From the NCBI GenBank assembly GCA_044868145.1, contig JBIOWE010000004.1, positions 269,860-333,859 on the forward strand: a stretch of DNA of 64,000 nt. Direction: 5' to 3'. Origin of the DNA: Patescibacteria group bacterium (GTDB lineage: Bacteria; Patescibacteriota; Patescibacteriia; UBA10025; JBIOWE01). Made by a program: the position numbers and the translations under genes. Positions 10,260-19,162 of the stretch are shown in pieces (position 1 is the first letter of the stretch; each line of letters starts with the position of its first letter). The notes under the pieces are model-generated. The model saw only the letters and a list, made by a program, of their open reading frames with translations, did no database searches and was not told the DNA's origin.

Positions 10260-10353
10260 ACATTTTTTCTTTTCGTAGCTTTATTGTAAAGAGATGTGGC
10301 GTCTCTGTCAACCCGCCTTTTTATTTCATTTAAGAACACAATACATACAAGGA

Positions 10354-11952
10354 TCATAGAGGGTTTGGCTGTTGTGGTATTGCAGGAGGTGGCGTTGCAG
10401 ACGGTTGCGGCATCGGTTGGGTGGCAGGCGGGACTGAAGCGTGATTCAACGGCTTCAGTTTGACGGATATTTTGAGAACGCTGCGCTCCTTTTTTACTTC
10501 AAAAGGATCGCTGCGGTAAGGTTCGTAGCCAGCTTTTGCGACGACCACATAGTATTGGCCCGGGTTCACAATCGTGAAGAATCGCCCAAGTTTATTTGTA
10601 ATCCTCGTGGTGATAAGGGATCCTCGCTCCATGTTGAATACGCGTACAAGGGCGAGTTCGATCGGTTTTTTCGTAACAGTATCAATAACCGTACCGATGG
10701 ATCGCTGGATGCGGGCAAGGAAATATGCTTTGGCCACGACGAGCAAGCCGTATATAAGCAAGATGACTGCGTTCAGTATCGTAGGATTTATGATAAGCGC
10801 AACGCCGCCCAACACTACTCCACCAATCAACAAGGGTATATTCATTTTTTCCAAAAGAACGCCGATGACATTAAGAATCCTCAGCCAGGCGATTCTGCCT
10901 TGGGTGACGGTTGCTTGTTCGGGATCAAGAGGGATATTGATATTTAACACGCCTTCGCGCCGCTCCTTGATAGTAATAATCTCGCCGCGGTAAATATTGA
11001 AATACGCAGTGACCGTGGCCGTTGTAATCAGGGTGGATGGAAACAGGTAGCCAGGTTTCAGAACGGTAACGTAGTATTCGCCCTGATCGATCAGAAACCC
11101 GAATCGTCCTTCCTTGTCGGTTATGAGCGACTCTTTTAATTTGTCGAATTCTTTGGAGAAGATGCGCACGATTGCGTTGCGAATCGGTTTACCAGTCGCG
11201 TTATCAAACACAACGCCCCACGGCTTATGCCGTTTGCCAAAGTGTAAGGGGATCAACCAGAAATAGCCGAAACGGAACAGCAAGTAGAAAATGTTTGTCA
11301 GCTCGAGTGCGGTTGTGGTTGTTGTTACAAGGGCAAACGAGGTGATCAGCACGCCGACTGTAATCAGCGGTTGCACAATGTCAGTCACCACTTTTTGCAC
11401 CTGCGCATTTTGTCTCAATACGCGAATAAGGTTATCAATGCGGTCAAAGGCGCGATCAATAAATGTTGATGTGGGTATTACCCCAACAACCGGTTCCATT
11501 AATTTTTTCGTCACCTTCGTGGAGGTTTCCTCAATGACCTTTACGATTGTTTCAGGAACTTTTTGAATGACTTCGATAATAGTGGGCTTGCGCTTCGTTG
11601 TTGGTGGGAAGCCAACCTCAAGTCCATAGTTGGCGCTGCCGTATGTTTCCGCGCCAGGTTCGCCAAACGTGCTTAAAATCTGGTAGTTGGACGAATTGGT
11701 CTGGTCTCCCGAAGGACTGATGACGCTTGAATTGATGGAGTAATTATTGCTCGATTGCGCGTGCACTCCGTATGCCGCGCCAATGATAAAAACGGTTGTT
11801 ATGACAACCATGACAAGTCTTTGTTTTCTTTTATTCTCCGGCTTCGTTTCCGTCATATCCGACACGCTCATCATAGTCATTTTTTGGCTTTCTTTCAAGC
11901 TTTGACGCACTATGCGCTGTGGCGTACAATTGAGACGTGTAACACTTGACAA
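10354..11952 (-). CDS. Polytopic membrane protein with two carboxypeptidase-regulatory-like beta-sandwich domains and a Pro-rich C-terminus
   Basis: Signal anchor LVMVVITTVFIIGAAYGVHA. Two repeats of a G(V/T)V.D..TGKPI..A.VR.F....SL.T...G.F.......YYV.V.K.GY block. Several TM helices. Tail PPATQPMPQPSATPPPAIPQQPNPL. The real start may be an internal Met. Confidence 0.55.
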   Translation of the reverse strand: MSSVTRLNCTPQRIVRQSLKESQKMTMMSVSDMTETKPENKRKQRLVMVVITTVFIIGAAYGVHAQSSNNYSINSSVISPSGDQTNSSNYQILSTFGEPGAETYGSANYGLEVGFPPTTKRKPTIIEVIQKVPETIVKVIEETSTKVTKKLMEPVVGVIPTSTFIDRAFDRIDNLIRVLRQNAQVQKVVTDIVQPLITVGVLITSFALVTTTTTALELTNIFYLLFRFGYFWLIPLHFGKRHKPWGVVFDNATGKPIRNAIVRIFSKEFDKLKESLITDKEGRFGFLIDQGEYYVTVLKPGYLFPSTLITTATVTAYFNIYRGEIITIKERREGVLNINIPLDPEQATVTQGRIAWLRILNVIGVLLEKMNIPLLIGGVVLGGVALIINPTILNAVILLIYGLLVVAKAYFLARIQRSIGTVIDTVTKKPIELALVRVFNMERGSLITTRITNKLGRFFTIVNPGQYYVVVAKAGYEPYRSDPFEVKKERSVLKISVKLKPLNHASVPPATQPMPQPSATPPPAIPQQPNPL

Positions 11953-12066
11953 TCAGTTGATTTTTTTCTTTACTACACATTCCCCCTCGTAGTCCCCCGC
12001 CTTCGTTAAGACTTCGGCGGGGCAGGCAACGGATAGAATTTCGGCTTCTCTCACCCGCCTCAGCGA

Positions 12067-12138
12067 GCCCCCGTAGCACAACGGATAGTGCAAGGGACTT
12101 CTAAGCCCGAGATGTTGGTTCGATTCCAACCGGGGGCA
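12067..12138 (+). tRNA. tRNA-Arg (anticodon TCT)
   Basis: Hand-folded. Acceptor gcccccg/cgggggc, D-arm gcac-aacggata-gtgc, anticodon loop cttctaa, T-arm gttgg-ttcgatt-ccaac. The anticodon stem has only 3 GC pairs with A:G ends. Paralogous in sequence to the Arg-CCT tRNA at 58584. Confidence 0.6.
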
Positions 12139-12267
12139 ATAGCGGTGGGAGTAAACCGGAGATGATAGAGGTTCGATTCTCGAATACCCTAAAATCAAAG
12201 AATGTATGAGATCCCGCGCACTTGTCCCGTCGCATGACGGGATGGCGGGACTCTCGAGGGGGACCAT

Positions 12268-12342
12268 GGCGGCTATTGTGTAATGGCAGCACAGGGGCCT
12301 GTGAAGCCCTTAGAATGGGTTCGAATCCCATTAGCCGCCCCA
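12268..12342 (+). tRNA. tRNA-His (anticodon GTG) with encoded G-1 and CCA
   Basis: G-1 present. Acceptor gcggcta/tagccgc, anticodon arm ggggc-ctgtgaa-gccct, T-arm atggg-ttcgaat-cccat, discriminator C73, then cca. Confidence 0.85.
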
Positions 12343-12384
12343 TCGAGCTCAGCTCGTATAAATTAAGGTGAACGGGTTAAACAA

Positions 12385-12909
12385 ATGATAAAGGCCTGGA
12401 AAAAAATCCGAGAAGAGCCTTACAAAACTGGTTTCCGAAAAATGTACAAAAAAACCTTTCAATTGCCTAATGGTAGCGAGGCAGACTTTGACGTGAATGA
12501 TGATGGAGAGGTTGTTTGTATTCTTGCCCTTACCGACAGCAAAGAGGTTATTCTTGCGAAACAATATCGGCTAGGACCAGAAAAGATTCTCCTAGAATTA
12601 CCTGGCGGCGGTATGGATTCAGGAGAGACACCCATGCAGGCTGCTAGACGCGAATTGCTCGAGGAGACAGGGTATGAGGGAGAGATAGCCTTTGTTGGAA
12701 CAAGTTTACACTCTGCGTACTCGACAATGGTGCGACACAACTTTGTTGCAAAACATTGTAAGAAGGTGGCAAATCCCACCCAAACTTCTAGCGAGCAAAC
12801 AGAAGTCGTTCTTCTCTCACTTCCCGAATTTAAGAATCATCTTCGAAGCGGTCAGTTGACAGATATGGGTACCGGATATCGAGCTCTTGATTTTCTAAAG
12901 ATTTTGTAG
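12385..12909 (+). CDS. NUDIX hydrolase
   Basis: Nudix box GGGMDSGETPMQAARRELLEETGY. Confidence 0.8.
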   Translation: MIKAWKKIREEPYKTGFRKMYKKTFQLPNGSEADFDVNDDGEVVCILALTDSKEVILAKQYRLGPEKILLELPGGGMDSGETPMQAARRELLEETGYEGEIAFVGTSLHSAYSTMVRHNFVAKHCKKVANPTQTSSEQTEVVLLSLPEFKNHLRSGQLTDMGTGYRALDFLKIL

Positions 12910-13191
12910 AACCATTCAGTAACTGGCTGGAGGGCCATTAGCCGGCCCAATCGGGCTAAGAACGACCATAGAATTATTAAAAAATTTAGGCATTGCAGGA
13001 CTTATTGTTGCTGGCGGTGTTTTTATTTTTACACCTAATTTTATGCCGTTTGAACAATAGCTGAATCTCAAGAAAAAACTTTTTGCTAGATAAAAGGAGC
13101 TTATTTTTTGGAAGCTCCTGTTGTTGGTTGAGCAATACTATATTTCATACTGAGTTTGAAAGTAATCCCACCAAGACCGATTATCCCTATA

Positions 13192-14097
13192 CTATAGAAT
13201 CGTCTCCTCCAGACCTTCTGTAAAAGTTATCTTTGGGTGCCAACCAAGACTTAGAATTTTGCTACTGTTTATTGCGTAACCTACGTCATGCCCGGGTCTA
13301 TCCTCAACAAACGTGATTCGAGAATGATCAATATGTAAGGTTCGCACGATTTGCTTTGCTACATTGATGTTCTGTTCTAACGTATGGCCTACGCAATAAC
13401 GTTCCCCAAGTTTACCGTGCTGTAGTACATGCCAAATTGCCTGACAGTGGTCTTCAACGTGCAACCACTCCCTTCTTTGTCTTCCATTCCCATAGATCGG
13501 TAGGCTTTCCCCCAGAAGACCTCTTACTGTCAAGCGAGGTATAAATTTTTCAGGTGCTTGATATGGCCCGTAGTTATTGACTCCATTTGTGATGGTGAAA
13601 TCTAATCCGTAGGTATTTGACCAAGCGAAGAGAGCATTTTCTCCCGAAACCTTACCAGCAGCATACGGATTAGTAGGGGCAAGAGGTGACTCTTCATTAA
13701 ATGATTTTTCAACAGTTGCGCCAAAAATCTCGTCAGTAGAGACATAATGGAATCGCTTAACTCCAACTCGCCTCATTGCTTCAAGGAGACAAATCGTTCC
13801 CATAGCGTTGATACTCATTGTTTCAAGAGGCTCCCTTATACTTTTATCTACTGAAGATTGAGCTGCGGCATGTATCGCAACGTCTTGACTACGCAACGCG
13901 ATCATTAACGAGGAAACATTTAGTATATCTCCGCAAATAAATCGCAGGCGAGGGTGTTCCATCCAAGTTAGTGAAAAAGGGTTTACTACCCTTGTATCTA
14001 ACTTGTCAAAGCAAGTTACCTCATGCCCTTCTGCAAGAAGTAAACGGCACAGATGAGAACCAATAAACCCTGCTCCTCCTGTGGCTAGAATCTTCAT
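13192..14097 (-). CDS. rfbB: NAD-dependent sugar-nucleotide 4,6-dehydratase (dTDP-glucose 4,6-dehydratase-like)
   Basis: MKILATGGAGFIGSHLCRLL Rossmann N-terminus and a YAAGK-type catalytic YxxxK region, 301 aa. Confidence 0.75.
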   Translation of the reverse strand: MKILATGGAGFIGSHLCRLLLAEGHEVTCFDKLDTRVVNPFSLTWMEHPRLRFICGDILNVSSLMIALRSQDVAIHAAAQSSVDKSIREPLETMSINAMGTICLLEAMRRVGVKRFHYVSTDEIFGATVEKSFNEESPLAPTNPYAAGKVSGENALFAWSNTYGLDFTITNGVNNYGPYQAPEKFIPRLTVRGLLGESLPIYGNGRQRREWLHVEDHCQAIWHVLQHGKLGERYCVGHTLEQNINVAKQIVRTLHIDHSRITFVEDRPGHDVGYAINSSKILSLGWHPKITFTEGLEETIL

Positions 14098-14124
14098 TGT
14101 TTACGCTCCTTTCTTTTTGCAACC

Positions 14125-14976
14125 CTATGCAGAAAAGTTTTTGTGGTATTCTCTTAATGCTTCTTGCCAAGAAGGCAAAGTAGCATCTTCATAAATAGTC
14201 TTCAGTGCAGAAATATCGGGTCTTTTTACGGATGATGGAAATTCTATCGACGTAACTTGTTTAAGCGGATTGGTGAGTCCCCATATCATGAGAATTTCTT
14301 GCGCTAGATCGTAACGACTTACTGCTCCTAGGTTAGCAAGGTGCCGTATGCCTGTTTTTTGAGATAATGAATATTCGCATAACTTTTTTGCAACCTGTGG
14401 AGCATACGCAACTGTTCCTATTTTGTCGCGAACAGCTTTTATTTCTTTTCTTAGCCGAGCTTGGCGAAGAATCGAACCAACAAACTTCTTGTCATGAGTT
14501 GGGTCGTCTCCAAAAAGCCACCCTATTCTTACAATGAGAAGTTTACATCCTACTTCTTTCGCTAAGTGTTCCCCCGCTAGTTTGGATATACCATAAATGC
14601 TACTGGGGTTTTGTGGAATGTCTTCTTCCGTAAATCCCTTTCCTCGTGGAGTTCCGCTGAAAACACCATCAGTAGATATATAGATGAGCAAGGCATCTTT
14701 CTCTTTTATTGCTCGGGCAATATTCAATGTACCGAGGGCATTCACTCGGAAACATTCTACAGGATGTTCGTGACACCATTCCCAGTTAGTCAAAGCAGCG
14801 CAATGAATAACAACGTCTTGCTCACTGATTTTCTCCAATACGCGCGTGCATTGATTGGCGTCAGTAATATCAAACTCTTGATGCGTTGGAGCTAAAAATG
14901 AAATACTGCCTTGGTGGGCAGCATTTTTTATAGCTTTTCCAAGTGTTCCAGTACTACCGATTAAGAATATCATCAT
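14125..14976 (-). CDS. rfbD: dTDP-4-dehydrorhamnose reductase-like (RmlD family)
   Basis: MMIFLIGSTGTLGKAI N-terminus and SxxYGxSK-type region (IYGISKLAGE). Confidence 0.75.
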   Translation of the reverse strand: MMIFLIGSTGTLGKAIKNAAHQGSISFLAPTHQEFDITDANQCTRVLEKISEQDVVIHCAALTNWEWCHEHPVECFRVNALGTLNIARAIKEKDALLIYISTDGVFSGTPRGKGFTEEDIPQNPSSIYGISKLAGEHLAKEVGCKLLIVRIGWLFGDDPTHDKKFVGSILRQARLRKEIKAVRDKIGTVAYAPQVAKKLCEYSLSQKTGIRHLANLGAVSRYDLAQEILMIWGLTNPLKQVTSIEFPSSVKRPDISALKTIYEDATLPSWQEALREYHKNFSA

Positions 14977-14998
14977 TATCCTCCTTTTAAACAGGTTT

Positions 14999-15517
14999 CT
15001 AAAGATTCAATTTGTAAAGAGCAGCTATTGTATAATCATCAAAGATTACATTTCTTCTTACCATATTCTTTACATCTTGTAAAGCTACCTTCTTAACTAT
15101 CATCCCCTTTTCGCTACCTTCATGAGACGCTTCTGTTTTTGACAGCTTTTGAGCAAGAAAAATATGGCGTTTTGAATTCATAACGCCCAAAGCTGGATGA
15201 ACAAAGCCAAGCGAAGTCCATTGCTTAGCTTCCAACCCCGCCTCCTCCCTTAGTTCACGTTTTGCCGCTTTTAATGGTGTCTCTCCCTTATTGATATGTC
15301 CAGAAGGAAGTTCCCATGAGTATTTTTTTGTTGTGTAACGATATTGCCTGACTAAGTAGATGCTCTGTCCTTCTTTAGCCAAAACAGCGACTGTATCTGC
15401 CATAGAAACGACCCCATATAAACCCTTCTTACCATTAGGGAAAACGATTCGATTTTCTTCTACGCGTATCCACGGATTTTTGTAGGCGATACGGATTTTT
15501 AATAATTTCCAGCCCAT
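14999..15517 (-). CDS. NUDIX hydrolase
   Basis: Nudix box GHINKGETPLKAAKRELREEAGL. Confidence 0.8.
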   Translation of the reverse strand: MGWKLLKIRIAYKNPWIRVEENRIVFPNGKKGLYGVVSMADTVAVLAKEGQSIYLVRQYRYTTKKYSWELPSGHINKGETPLKAAKRELREEAGLEAKQWTSLGFVHPALGVMNSKRHIFLAQKLSKTEASHEGSEKGMIVKKVALQDVKNMVRRNVIFDDYTIAALYKLNL

Positions 15518-15729
15518 ACCTTTAGGATGCTTATAACTCTTACTAATGTTTATATAGTATAGCTAACACATTAAGAAAATGTAAGGAGCGAAATTTTAAT
15601 ATTGAGTATTCTGGAATTGCAGCCCACCGAAAGCACCTCCTTGTTTCAGAGGTGTTTTTGGTTTGGAGACCCTGAAACAAGTTCCCTTCGGGCATGAGCC
15701 TCAGGGCCGAATGCAGGGTGACTTTTTAT

Positions 15730-15762
15730 AAAAAAACACCCCGCGGAAAAACCGACGGGGTG
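15730..15762 (-). terminator. Rho-independent terminator for the 15774..16892 gene
   Basis: On the minus strand: caccccgtcggtttttccgcggggtg followed by a T-run. Confidence 0.6.
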
Positions 15763-15773
15763 GGTTGAGCTAT

Positions 15774-16892
15774 TTACTTTTTAGCACTTTTGAGATTTGT
15801 TAGTCGAAGCATGCACTGCCATTTGAACTCGAGTATTGACACCTCGGGGAGGAGGTAAACATCCGTGTCCTTTATTTCAAAAGGCAAGAATTTGTCCAGG
15901 AAGAGGAAGTCTGGAGACAAGCCAATCGCGCCAAGCCCGGCCTCTGGGATGTAACGAAGATCAATAAGACCGTATCGGCCGTCGCGCTCTCCGAGCAGGA
16001 TCGTAAACTCTGTGTATGAGTTTCCGCTTGGGTGGGCCTTTGTTTCTTTTTTGACTTGATAGACGTACCGAGTATCGGTGAGCATATTTTCGGTCATTAC
16101 CTCGTTTTTCGCATCAAACCTTTTCATGATAGACGAATACGCCTCAAGTTCAGTACATGTATTGTCTGGCATTCGATCGAATCCCCTGTCATGGATGGCA
16201 ACGAAAATTGAGAATAACGTTCCAGGAACTTTTTCCCACATCGCCTCGCGCTCGCTATTGATCTCGAAAACCTTTTGATTGATTTGCATGAGCGTCCCCG
16301 AAAGCCACTCGACCTCGCCGTCATTCTTGACCTTGAATGTCTGAAACCAGTGGTAGCGGTCATCCTCAACCGCGGCTATGGCGCCATACCCTTCACACAT
16401 AAGGTAGCGGCAGACGTATTGACGCGCGTGGTCCTGTTCATTCATGAGTTTCATGTCGAGCATCACTGTGCGTGATGGCTTGCCAATTGGCGTGAGTATC
16501 TCGTTACCGAACGAAACTCCAATGATGTATGGAGCGGACATAAAAGGATTCGTAGTATCTACCTCAATATCTTTCGCAGTAACCGATCCTTCCGTCCATT
16601 CCTCAAATAATTTTGGGAATGTCCGCCACCGAATTGGCTTGCGCGGATCTTCGACAAGGGGCCAGCGCGCCTCGCCCATTGCCCGTCCTGCCTCAAAGGC
16701 GATAAGAGGCATAAACACGTCCTTGAGATTCGCTATAGTTGACTCACCCGGAAGTTGGATGGTCGAGTCGAGGTCCAAGGGTATGGGGACCTGTGTCATG
16801 CTTTTCACCTCGAGCTTTAACTCTTGAGCTGGCTGATCCGATGGTTTGATCAATGACAATGCGACAATAAATAGTATTATGTAAAAGTTCAC
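15774..16892 (-). CDS. Hypothetical secreted protein with an N-terminal signal peptide
   Basis: 372 aa, MNFYIILFIVALSLIKP hydrophobic leader. No motif I recognise. Confidence 0.6.
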   Translation of the reverse strand: MNFYIILFIVALSLIKPSDQPAQELKLEVKSMTQVPIPLDLDSTIQLPGESTIANLKDVFMPLIAFEAGRAMGEARWPLVEDPRKPIRWRTFPKLFEEWTEGSVTAKDIEVDTTNPFMSAPYIIGVSFGNEILTPIGKPSRTVMLDMKLMNEQDHARQYVCRYLMCEGYGAIAAVEDDRYHWFQTFKVKNDGEVEWLSGTLMQINQKVFEINSEREAMWEKVPGTLFSIFVAIHDRGFDRMPDNTCTELEAYSSIMKRFDAKNEVMTENMLTDTRYVYQVKKETKAHPSGNSYTEFTILLGERDGRYGLIDLRYIPEAGLGAIGLSPDFLFLDKFLPFEIKDTDVYLLPEVSILEFKWQCMLRLTNLKSAKK

Positions 16893-17031
16893 TTTTTCCT
16901 CCTTGCCCCGAGTTTACCGAGGGGCTTTTTTGAATATAGCCATCTTAGGCGAAATGGCAGAATGCGTCAAGTGAAAAGAACCTTGGCAAAAAAAGCCAAG
17001 GCTATTCGTTCTCCAGCTGTCGATGAATTAA

Positions 17032-17382
17032 TTATGAGGTCACTTGCACCGTGCGCGCGATCACAAACGTAACGATCGCCCACGCAAGCAAAATAACGAT
17101 GAGCCCGACGATCGCACCAAAGAGCGCGCGTCGGGCAACTGCGCCACGTTCAGAGTCCCGGGCTCTGATGGCAATAAAAGCGCTGGCCATAATCATGATA
17201 AGAGCAATCAAACCAAGCAGGCCCAGAATCCATTGTACCGTTTTAATTGCCGACGATTGTAAATCGGCAGAACCGAGACCAAACGTCGAGCCCAATGCAT
17301 AGTTAACGTTCACTTGCTGATGCGCGACGGTTGGAACAAGAAGTATCGTGAGTAATACGCCGTATAATATTATTTTCCTCAT
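17032..17382 (-). CDS. Small membrane protein with a signal peptide and two TM helices, possibly TrbC/VirB2 pilin-like
   Basis: MRKIILYGVLLTILLVPTVAHQQ leader, then two hydrophobic helices separated by RARDSERGAVARR. Start moved to the internal ATG (M13 of the track ORF). Confidence 0.5.
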   Translation of the reverse strand: MRKIILYGVLLTILLVPTVAHQQVNVNYALGSTFGLGSADLQSSAIKTVQWILGLLGLIALIMIMASAFIAIRARDSERGAVARRALFGAIVGLIVILLAWAIVTFVIARTVQVTS

Positions 17383-17562
17383 GTATATAGTATACCTTTG
17401 TTTAACAGATGAGTGCAATTGCGCTTTTTTGAATGGCCAAAAATCTAGTAGGTCAGGGCCGGGCCCTGACCTACGGAATATTGAGATTGCTTCGTCTCCC
17501 AGGGGGAGACTCGCAATGACGAAAGTGGCGATTATATAGCCTCATGATATACTATTTATGTT

Positions 17563-17883
17563 ATGCAAAATACTAAACCAATGTTCTACGGTTTCCTTTC
17601 TAGTCTTGGCGTTTTGGTTTATGTCGCCATCGTTGCCTTTATTCTTCAAAACGCTGAAAGTCTTTTCGGTAATATGGAAACCTCGGTCTGGGGACCAATT
17701 GCTTTTCTTATGTTGTTTACCCTTTCGGTAGCGGTTGTCGGATCATTGATTTTTGGTAAACCTGCTCTTCTCTATTTGAATGGTCAAAAAAAGGAAGGAC
17801 TCACGCTCCTGGGATACACGATCGGATTTTTATCGGCGTATACGTTCCTTGTGTTGCTCGGTGTTGCGATGTTCGTGCAATAA
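17563..17883 (+). CDS. Small membrane protein with 3 predicted TM helices
   Basis: 106 aa hydrophobic ORF, divergent from the 17032 gene, followed by a bidirectional terminator. Confidence 0.5.
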   Translation: MQNTKPMFYGFLSSLGVLVYVAIVAFILQNAESLFGNMETSVWGPIAFLMLFTLSVAVVGSLIFGKPALLYLNGQKKEGLTLLGYTIGFLSAYTFLVLLGVAMFVQ

Positions 17884-17908
17884 CATTCAGTATAATAAAA
17901 AACAAAAA

Positions 17909-17940
17909 GACCCTCGAGATTGCTCGGGGCCTTTTTGTTT
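17909..17940. terminator. Bidirectional intrinsic terminator between convergent genes
   Basis: aaaaagaccctcgagattgctcggggcctttttgtttt, an imperfect hairpin flanked by an A-run and a T-run. Confidence 0.55.
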
Positions 17941-17947
17941 TGTAGTG

Positions 17948-18253
17948 TTAGAAGCTGCGACCGCCGCGATCACCGCCGAACCCACCGCGACGCGGGGGAC
18001 GATCGGTCATGGGGCGTGCCTCGTTGACGACGATTGCGCGTCCACCGAGATCCTGTCCGTTGAACATCTCGATAGCTTTCTTCGCGCCATCATCGGTGGC
18101 CATCTCCACAAAACCGAATCCGCGAGAGCGGCCGGTCATGCGGTCTTTGATCACTTGCGCTGAGGCGACTTCGCCTGCCTGCGTGAAGTGGTCTTTGAGC
18201 TGGTCATCCGTCACACTGAAGGAAAGACTTCCTATGTATAACTTTGTAGCCAT
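17948..18253 (-). CDS. RRM-type RNA-binding protein with a Gly/Arg-rich tail
   Basis: RNP2 LYIGSLSF and RNP1 RGFGFVEM, C-terminal RRGGFGGDRGG. Confidence 0.85.
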   Translation of the reverse strand: MATKLYIGSLSFSVTDDQLKDHFTQAGEVASAQVIKDRMTGRSRGFGFVEMATDDGAKKAIEMFNGQDLGGRAIVVNEARPMTDRPPRRGGFGGDRGGRSF

Positions 18254-18573
18254 TGAACCTTTGTACTTACTTATTAAAGTGCTTACTCTTTTTAGGAAGA
18301 CCTTTCCCTCTATGCCACGGGCGCACAGAGCCCTCTAATGTTACTAACGTACCACTAGAATTACTCCTAATAAAGACTAGCGTCGTTATGGTAGCATGCG
18401 AGGTTAGTAATGTCAAGCGTTGCCAGATCGTACGTTCCGTAGTACACTGGAAGAGTATAATAACGTCTAATTCCTAATAACTAATTTCTAATCAAACCCC
18501 AATGATAAATGGCATAATGGCAAAACTGGACATTAGGTATTTGAGCATTAGACATTGATGAGGAATTAGAAAT

Positions 18574-18822
18574 TTGTCATTAGTAATTAACAAACATATG
18601 GTTATCGACTTTACCGATGACATCGTTGACCAAGACGATCTCATGAAAAACTTCTCGAACAGTGAACGCATGGATAAGTTTTATCCGCTCATGAAAAAGG
18701 CTACGGAAACGCATGTGCCGCAGAAAATCACTCTTAAGGTTGGTGGGCGCACATGCGAATTCATTGTCGACAAGGACGGCACAGCTGTGCTCCGCAAGAA
18801 ACCAATCACGGGCTGGTTCTAG
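18574..18822 (+). CDS. Hypothetical small protein (82 aa)
   Basis: ORF followed by the hairpin cgcgtttctctgaagcgcg plus a T-run at about 18892-18919. An AT-rich region with inverted AATTTCTAATT repeats lies upstream. Confidence 0.4.
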   Translation: MSLVINKHMVIDFTDDIVDQDDLMKNFSNSERMDKFYPLMKKATETHVPQKITLKVGGRTCEFIVDKDGTAVLRKKPITGWF

Positions 18823-19109
18823 GGGAAAGTAAAAATTAAAAATAAAAGATAAAAAATCTTGAAGAGAAATCTTCCAATATTTTTACCTTGTCGCGTTTCT
18901 CTGAAGCGCGGCTTTTTTTCGCCTCGTCGGTGAACCGCCGAAGAGGCGGTCTCGAAATTCAGTGTTTTTGCGAAATAGAGTATAATAATCTAATTAAGGT
19001 CACGGGTTGACCCGCCCAACTTTTACCTATTCGTCCCTATGAAAAAATCAGGCAGTAAGCAAAATATCGTTAGTATTCTGAATATCTGAAATACCAAAAG
19101 TTAGGCGGG

Positions 19110-19138
19110 TTGACAGAAAGCGTTGGTTCGTCTATACT
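19110..19138 (+). promoter_or_regulatory. Sigma70-like promoter TTGACA-N17-TATACT for the 19163 gene
   Basis: ggcgggTTGACAgaaagcgttggttcgtcTATACTgc, about 25 nt upstream of the ATG. Confidence 0.6.
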
Positions 19139-19162
19139 GCTTTCTTCACTGAAAAAAACTAC

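Noticed and set aside
12139-12267. A third tRNA between tRNA-Arg(TCT) and tRNA-His (T-loop-like ggttcgattc, 3' end ...gggggacca)
   Set aside because: I cannot pair a T-stem, D-arm or anticodon arm, and the only complementary 5' acceptor strand lies about 280 nt upstream. Reported as a conserved tRNA-derived element instead.
11953-12343. Track ORFs 11953..12267(-), 12101..12343(-) and 11831..12079(-)
   Set aside because: They overlap the tRNA-Arg/His genes and tRNA-derived sequence. The translated text carries the typical tRNA-antisense low-complexity (for example RLESNQHL).
12924-13046. Small hydrophobic ORF ending ...LGIAGLIVAGGVFIFTPNFMPFEQ
   Set aside because: No ATG/GTG/TTG start after the in-frame stop, and no RBS. 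Mentioned only as a possible remnant.
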